A DNA stretch of 16,981 bases from Zygophlyctis sp. KS116 (lineage: Eukaryota > Fungi > Chytridiomycota): assembly GCA_054661495.1 (NCBI GenBank), contig BAAFSQ010000218.1, positions 1 to 16,981 of the forward strand. The letters run 5' to 3'. Position numbers and translations under genes: made by a program. Shown here piece after piece: positions 10,925 through 16,981 of the stretch. The stretch's first letter is position 1. Every line of letters starts with the position of its first letter. Below the pieces are notes generated by a model. The model saw only the letters and a list, made by a program, of their open reading frames with translations, searched no databases and had not been told where the DNA came from.

Positions 10925-11018
10925 ACGTTGAGATTTTAGAGCCTGGATATACTAATTTTTATGAAAAGACTCAAAAAACCAAGACAATGGAATTTAAACG
11001 TAGAGTTTTAGAGCCTGG
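10925..11018 (+). repeat. Imperfect direct repeat ACGT(T/A)GAG(A)TTTTAGAGCCTGG x2 upstream of INO1
   Basis: Copies at 10925-10946 and 10998-11018. The 13-nt core TTTTAGAGCCTGG is identical in both, 72 nt apart. Confidence 0.8.
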
Positions 11019-11128
11019 GAAAGTGGACAAGATGGAAACTAGTTTGACGGAAATCTATTCTCCAGAAAGTACAAATGATAACTTTTGGTTTTTGGCAAAA
11101 TTGTAATTTCTAGGAAAAGGTCTTTAAA

Positions 11129-12730
11129 ATGATAAAATCTAGTAATGCACCTGTCCAGAATGAGTTTATGACCAGTACTTATGAGTATTCAGAGACTCTA
11201 GTAACGGAAGTTCCCCATGGATATTCGGTAACTCCAGTAAAGAAGGCGATGGAATTCAAGACTCGCCTCAAGGTCGCTAAAACTGGGCTTTTGCTAGTCG
11301 GATGGGGAGGGAATAATGGAAGTACCCTGACGGCTGCACTGATTGCCAATAAGAATAATTTATCTTGGAAGACAAAGGAGGGAACCAAGGTGGCAAATTA
11401 TTTTGGTTCATTAACAATGGCATCTACGACTAGACTAGGGATTGATTCTAACGGTAAGGATGTTTACGTGCCTTTCTCTTCACTTTTACCGATGGTTCAT
11501 CCAAATGATTTAATAGTATCTGGATGGGACATCAATTCTGCAGACTTGAGTGAAGCAATGGAAAGGGCAAAAGTCTTGGACTGGGATTTACAGGAGAAAT
11601 TAAGAGAGCAGATGAAAGAATATAAGCCTTTAAAGTCTATATATTATCCAGATTTTATTGCTGCTAATCAAAATCATAGGGCCAATAATCTAAAAGATGG
11701 AACAGATAAAAAGCAGCACTTGGAAGAGATCAGGAAAGATATTCGGTAGTTTTGATCTTTAATTGATAGTGAATTCAAATTGAAAAATGGGCTTGAAAAA
11801 GTTATTGTGCTATGGACTGCCAATACGGAAAGATATTCTGCTGTATTTTCTTAAATATTGATTATAGATTATTCCAAACGTGAACGATACTGCAGATAAT
11901 TTGATAGAAAGCGTCGAAAAGTCGCATTCAGAAATTTCACCTTCAACAATTTTTGCGATTGCAAGCATTTTGGAAGGCTCTCCTTTTATCAATGGATCTC
12001 CTCAAAATACATTTGTGCCAGGAGTAATAGAGTTGGCTGAAAAGAGTGGTGTCTTTATTGCCGGAGATGATTTTAAATCTGGACAAACAAAACTCAAGTC
12101 TGTCTTGGTAGACTTCTTGGTAAACGCCGGTATCAAGCCTCTAGCGATTACTTCGTATAATCATTTAGGAAATAATGACGGGTTTAATCTTTCAGCTCCT
12201 GAACAGTTCCGATCAAAGGAAATTTCTAAAAGCAATGTAGTAGATGATGTTGTTTCATCCAATTCTATCCTATATTCTGAAAATGAATATCCTGATCATA
12301 CGGTTGTAATCAAATACGTTCCTAGTGTTGGAGATTCAAAGAGAGCAATGGACGAGTATGTATCTGAAATTTTCATGGGGTAATTCTTTGCTTTTATTTA
12401 TCGTCAAGAGGAAAAAATACCATCACAATATATAATGTTTGTGAAGATTCTCTATTGGCTACACCTCTTATTCTCGATTTGGTAATTTTAACAGAATTAT
12501 TTACACGAATTTCCTTTAGAAAGATTGGAAGCACAGAATTCAAGCCTTTTCATCCTGTTCTATCAATTTTGGGATATATGCTTAAGGCTCCTATAGTTCC
12601 TAATGGAAAACCAGTAGTCAATGCGTTGGCAAAACAGCGCTCAGCCCTTGAAAACACCCTGCGCGCATGTCTGGGTCTCTCACCTGCTTCAGATATGGCT
12701 TCTCATATTGATATAGAAGGATTGATTTAA
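11129..12730 (+). CDS. INO1: myo-inositol-1-phosphate synthase, ~507 aa (introns 11746-11769, 11843-11867, 12380-12408)
   Basis: All four MIPS core motifs are present: [37 protein letters not shown]; also [14 protein letters not shown]. Confidence 0.98.
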
Positions 12731-12794
12731 CATCATTGGAAAAAATACATTTGGATAGATGTTCAGATTCTAGCGCCTAGGGTTATATTTTAAA

Positions 12795-13463
12795 ATGTTT
12801 TTGAGTCTCCTGCTTTTCCCCATTCTGACGGCTGCCAACGCTTTAGAGTTTGCTCATCATTGGCCCAAAGCTAAAGGAGTTGTTTACAGTGGCTTTCCAA
12901 ATGAAATTCTTGTTGGGACGCTAAACAAGGAGGAGCTTCCTCAAAATATCGTGTATTTGTCTGCGAGCTTCACAAATCCTTCCAATTTTTCTCAGATTTA
13001 CCGTAATATAAGTGGACATGCATATGAAATTGTGATTGGTAAAAATCAGGTGGCAACTTTGCCATTTAATTTGGAATTTATCGGTGAACCAGAGTCTGTT
13101 GGGCTTATTGTATACGTACATCACTATGGAAATAATGTATTTCTTCTTGACTGAAATCATAGCAGCGTCATCCAGCGACTAGTGTAGCTTTTTCTGAGGT
13201 AGTGCAGATTAAAGATAAGGCGCGAATGTTTGATTGGGAAACGTATGTATTTTTGGTTAAAAATTAGGTACTCAGTGTACTTTCTTGTTATTATTATACC
13301 AATGGCAATTTTCTATTTTTCGAGAGGTCAGGAAAATATTTCGGTGAAGGCTGGCAAGGCTCAAGTGAAACAGGTGGAAGTGGTAGACAAAGAATCTTCA
13401 GAAGTAGATCTAGATTGGATTCCAGAACATCTCAGAAAAGACAAACCAAAAAATAAAAAGTAA
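12795..13463 (+). CDS. Translocon-associated protein alpha (SSR1/TRAP-alpha, Irc22-like), ~205 aa (introns 13137-13162, 13243-13267)
   Basis: Signal peptide, luminal beta-rich domain (NEILVG..N...YRNIS), FDW followed by a single TM helix, and cytosolic tail VDLDWIPEH typical of TRAP-alpha/Irc22. Confidence 0.78.
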
Positions 13464-13467
13464 AATT

Positions 13468-14687
<1,220 letters not shown>

Positions 14688-14759
14688 TTTTCAGATTTTT
14701 TGACCCGGAGAATTTGTCATCAACTTGATCTTTTTATGGTCTAGGTTTGAGTTTCTGGA
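14688..14759. promoter_or_regulatory. Bidirectional promoter region IDH2/CCDC90-like with TTTTATGG-TCTAGGTTT (14732-14748)
   Basis: 72 bp between divergent ATGs of two mitochondrial-protein genes; same motif pair as at 10144-10166. Confidence 0.55.
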
Positions 14760-15349
14760 ATGCAGTTTAGCAGGCGATTACTTTCCCAAAAGAATTTCGA
14801 CACTTTTCGATTTGTTCAAAAACTTGAAATGGAGGGGATCTCAAAGGAGGCTGCTGAAGGCTGCATGGCGTCACTTGATGAAGTTGTTTCAGAGTATATT
14901 TCTAACGTGAATAAGAATTCTGTGTCTAAACAGGAATACGAAAATATAATTTATACTCAGAGGGTGGATTTAGATAAGATCAGATCTGAAATGCGTTTAC
15001 TAGAAAAAAATGAGTTTTCAATGATAAAATCTGAAAACTCCAGGCTGGCAAGGGATTTAGAAAAACTGAAAATTCACATCGCAGAAGAACTGAGGAGAAC
15101 GCAATCAGATGTTAAATTAGAACTCTCATTGGAAAAGGTATGTTTTTAATCTGAAATCAGAGTAGAATTAGGGATGAGCAGTCAAGTCAAGAATTGAAAA
15201 TTAGAGAAATAGACTCAAAAATTGATACTGAAATTTCTCAACTTAATACATCTATAGAAACTATTCAATGGGAGATTTTTAGAACTTTATTTCCAATCTT
15301 AACTGCAGCCGGAGCTTTAACATTTTCTTACCTCAGATATGTTGGATGA
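14760..15349 (+). CDS. DUF1640 mitochondrial coiled-coil protein (CCDC90/MCUR1/Fmp32-Put7-like), ~188 aa (intron 15138-15160, 23 nt)
   Basis: FDTFRFVQKLEMEGISKEAAE head, coiled coil with VKLELSLEKSRIRDE and KIDTEISQL, and C-terminal TM ending SYLRYVG. Confidence 0.88.
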
Positions 15350-15351
15350 TC

Positions 15352-16415
15352 TTAATCCATATCGGTGTCAGTCAATGTCTTTGAAGTGATTTGTGGGCTA
15401 AACAAATTCTTCATTATATCCTGTAATGTAAAATTAAATAACAATATTACCTGCAAGGGATTCACAATTTTCTTTTGTCCCATATCAAAGTATTTCGTTC
15501 CAATATGATCATAAACTAGCTGCTTTTTAATTACTACTAAATACATCTTTCAAGAAGCCATCAAATGATAATTCGACATGGAATTGATTAAGGAGAGATT
15601 TGAAATGAGACTTTGAGCCTCGCTTTACGGTAACTAGCATCAATTGACTTAACGTCATCCATGGAAAAGACGTTATCACAATTTCACGATCAGATAACTG
15701 TTTTAGCTTAACTGTATTTGAATCCTCCGCAACAACCAAATCCATAAATGTATCCAAAGACAAACATGCCTGTTCAATCCGTCCTAGAGAAATATATCTA
15801 AAGTAAGAGCTAGCAAGTTACTGGAAGATAATCCTTGCGAGAAAATATCCAGGGTCCGTAATACTTTTCTGGCATTTATACCATCTGAAATGCAACTTGG
15901 CCAATAACTTTGCACTTTCAGTAGTTCCCATAACGAAATGTGACTCAGCTTCGTAATTTAAAGTTTCTAGATTGAGCAAAGATAGGCATACCTCGGTAGT
16001 ATCTTATTCCAAAAGCATGATGAAATACCGGGTCGCCAGCAGGGTATTCTGGAGAACACATAGCAGACCATTTACATATCATTTTGACGAATTCATCACA
16101 ACATGGTTCACTGATGGGAAATTCGCAAAATAAAGAAAGGAGGCGATCTGAAGTAAAAATGTTAAAATAATCACCTCTTGAATCATCTGATGATTTGTTT
16201 CCCAAGAAATTTATCAACCTTTGAGCAATGTCAAGCGCCGAAGTCCATTGCTGGGCGCTCAACATTGTCAAAACCCCTTGCTGTAAAAGATTAAACGCCT
16301 CCTCGGTTTTATTCTGCTTAATTAATCTTTGAGACACAGAAACAAGCATTTGATGTGCCTCATAATAATTTCCTTCCTCTACACAATTCTTGATTTTGTT
16401 AAGCGCCTTGGACAT
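15352..16415 (-). CDS. GET4: Golgi to ER traffic protein 4 (Get4/TRC35), ~310 aa (introns 16148-16174, 15967-15991, 15798-15821, 15520-15544, 15421-15450)
   Basis: EEGNYYEAHQ, KWS...YPAGDPVFHHAFG, YEAESHFVMG, IGTKYFD, NPLQDIMKNLF, and terminal DMD. Confidence 0.93.
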
Positions 16416-16704
16416 TTCACTGAAACACCTTGCCCTACTTTCAAAATAGACATCTTGATCGATTCGTTCAGAAAACTCAATTTTCTCTACAAAAGAAAGA
16501 AAATAGTTTAATCACTGTAATTTTACGTACAGGGCAATCCAAAAAATATTTGTACGGAAATTACGGATTGACTTATCTCAGAGTTGAGGAATCCCGCAAT
16601 GTCAACTATTGTAAGTTGCATTCAAATGTGAAATAAAGAGTAATCATGTATATAATTTTAAATACCAATTCAGTTCGTCTTCTTTGAAAGAAGTTAGAGA
16701 AATA

Positions 16705-16747
16705 TTTTCACTCATCTATCCTAAGATTAGGGTTAGATGAGTGAAAA
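16705..16747. repeat. 43-bp inverted repeat/hairpin with perfect 14-bp arms
   Basis: TTTTCACTCATCTA (16705-16718) is the exact reverse complement of TAGATGAGTGAAAA (16734-16747). The inner TCCTA/TAGGG extends the pairing after a 1-nt bulge. Confidence 0.9.
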
Positions 16748-16780
16748 AGTAAATCTGATTTCAAGAAAAAAAGAACAATA

Positions 16781-16948
16781 ATGTCTAAAATCAAGAAGAA
16801 TCAAACCAGTAAACTTCAATCTGAAGATATTGCTAGATCTCTCGTTCAAGAAACTAGCAAACCAAAGGAATTCTCTAAAGTTGCTTTCAGCATAAGTAAC
16901 AAACGTGTTCAAAGGATTTACTTACACACAAAAGCAAACAACAATTAA
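16781..16948 (+). CDS. Possible 5' part of an unknown gene (55-codon ORF MSKIKKNQTSKLQ...); exon structure unresolved
   Basis: ATG in A-rich context and coding-like purine bias. No recognisable motif, and no 23-30-nt intron cleanly extends it to the window edge. Confidence 0.3.
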   Translation: MSKIKKNQTSKLQSEDIARSLVQETSKPKEFSKVAFSISNKRVQRIYLHTKANNN

Positions 16949-16981
16949 AAAGATTATCCATCAATATGGATTAAATCAGAA

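Noticed and set aside
10981-11000. uORF peptide KTMEFKRR resembles INO1 KAMEFKTR (possible partial duplication)
   Set aside because: Similarity is limited to about 6 codons with no flanking alignment.
11005-11014. GTTTTAGAGC matches the start of the S. pyogenes Cas9 CRISPR repeat/sgRNA scaffold, with a near-copy 72 nt upstream
   Set aside because: Only 10 nt match, two copies, eukaryotic context and no cas genes; coincidence.
16430-16636. 68-aa ORF upstream of GET4
   Set aside because: Starts at TTG with no in-frame ATG and no motif.
16660-16680. ACCAATTCAG resembling RNase P CR-V
   Set aside because: No matching upstream CR-I/P4 partner found by eye; an Rfam search would settle it.
16720-16740. 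CTAAGAT..TAG resemblance to the U2 snRNA 5' region
   Set aside because: Lacks the GUAGUA branch-pairing sequence and stem I context.
16737-16948. Longer gene starting at ATG 16737 joined to the 16781 ORF
   Set aside because: Needs a 17-nt intron or a homopolymer indel; unsupported without reads.

Overview
AT-rich, extremely compact eukaryotic nuclear DNA in the standard genetic code. The proteins look fungal, and a zoosporic/early-diverging fungus is my inference, not shown. By hand I can rebuild 12 intact genes: ENP2/NOL10(-), NASP/Hif1(-), PRP24/SART3(-), a SETD3-like methyltransferase(+), a mitochondrial carrier(+), class I CPD photolyase(-), a RING-H2 E3(+), INO1(+), TRAP-alpha/Irc22-like(+), NAD-IDH catalytic subunit(-), CCDC90/Fmp32-like(+) and GET4(-). 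The ORF track looks fragmented because of 46 predicted GT-AG mini-introns, all 23-30 nt; 42 are needed to keep frame and 4 are in-frame without a stop. PRP24 alone has 16 introns and a 4-nt micro-exon. Most spacers are 2-90 bp and one convergent pair overlaps by 11 bp. A YTAGG(G)TT-like motif recurs just upstream of most start codons. Two spacers are unusually long. The one before INO1 holds a direct repeat and an upstream ORF. The one upstream of GET4 is hairpin-rich, with a 43-bp palindrome containing TTAGGGTTAG and a possible pseudoknot, making it a speculative structured-ncRNA or telomerase-RNA candidate.
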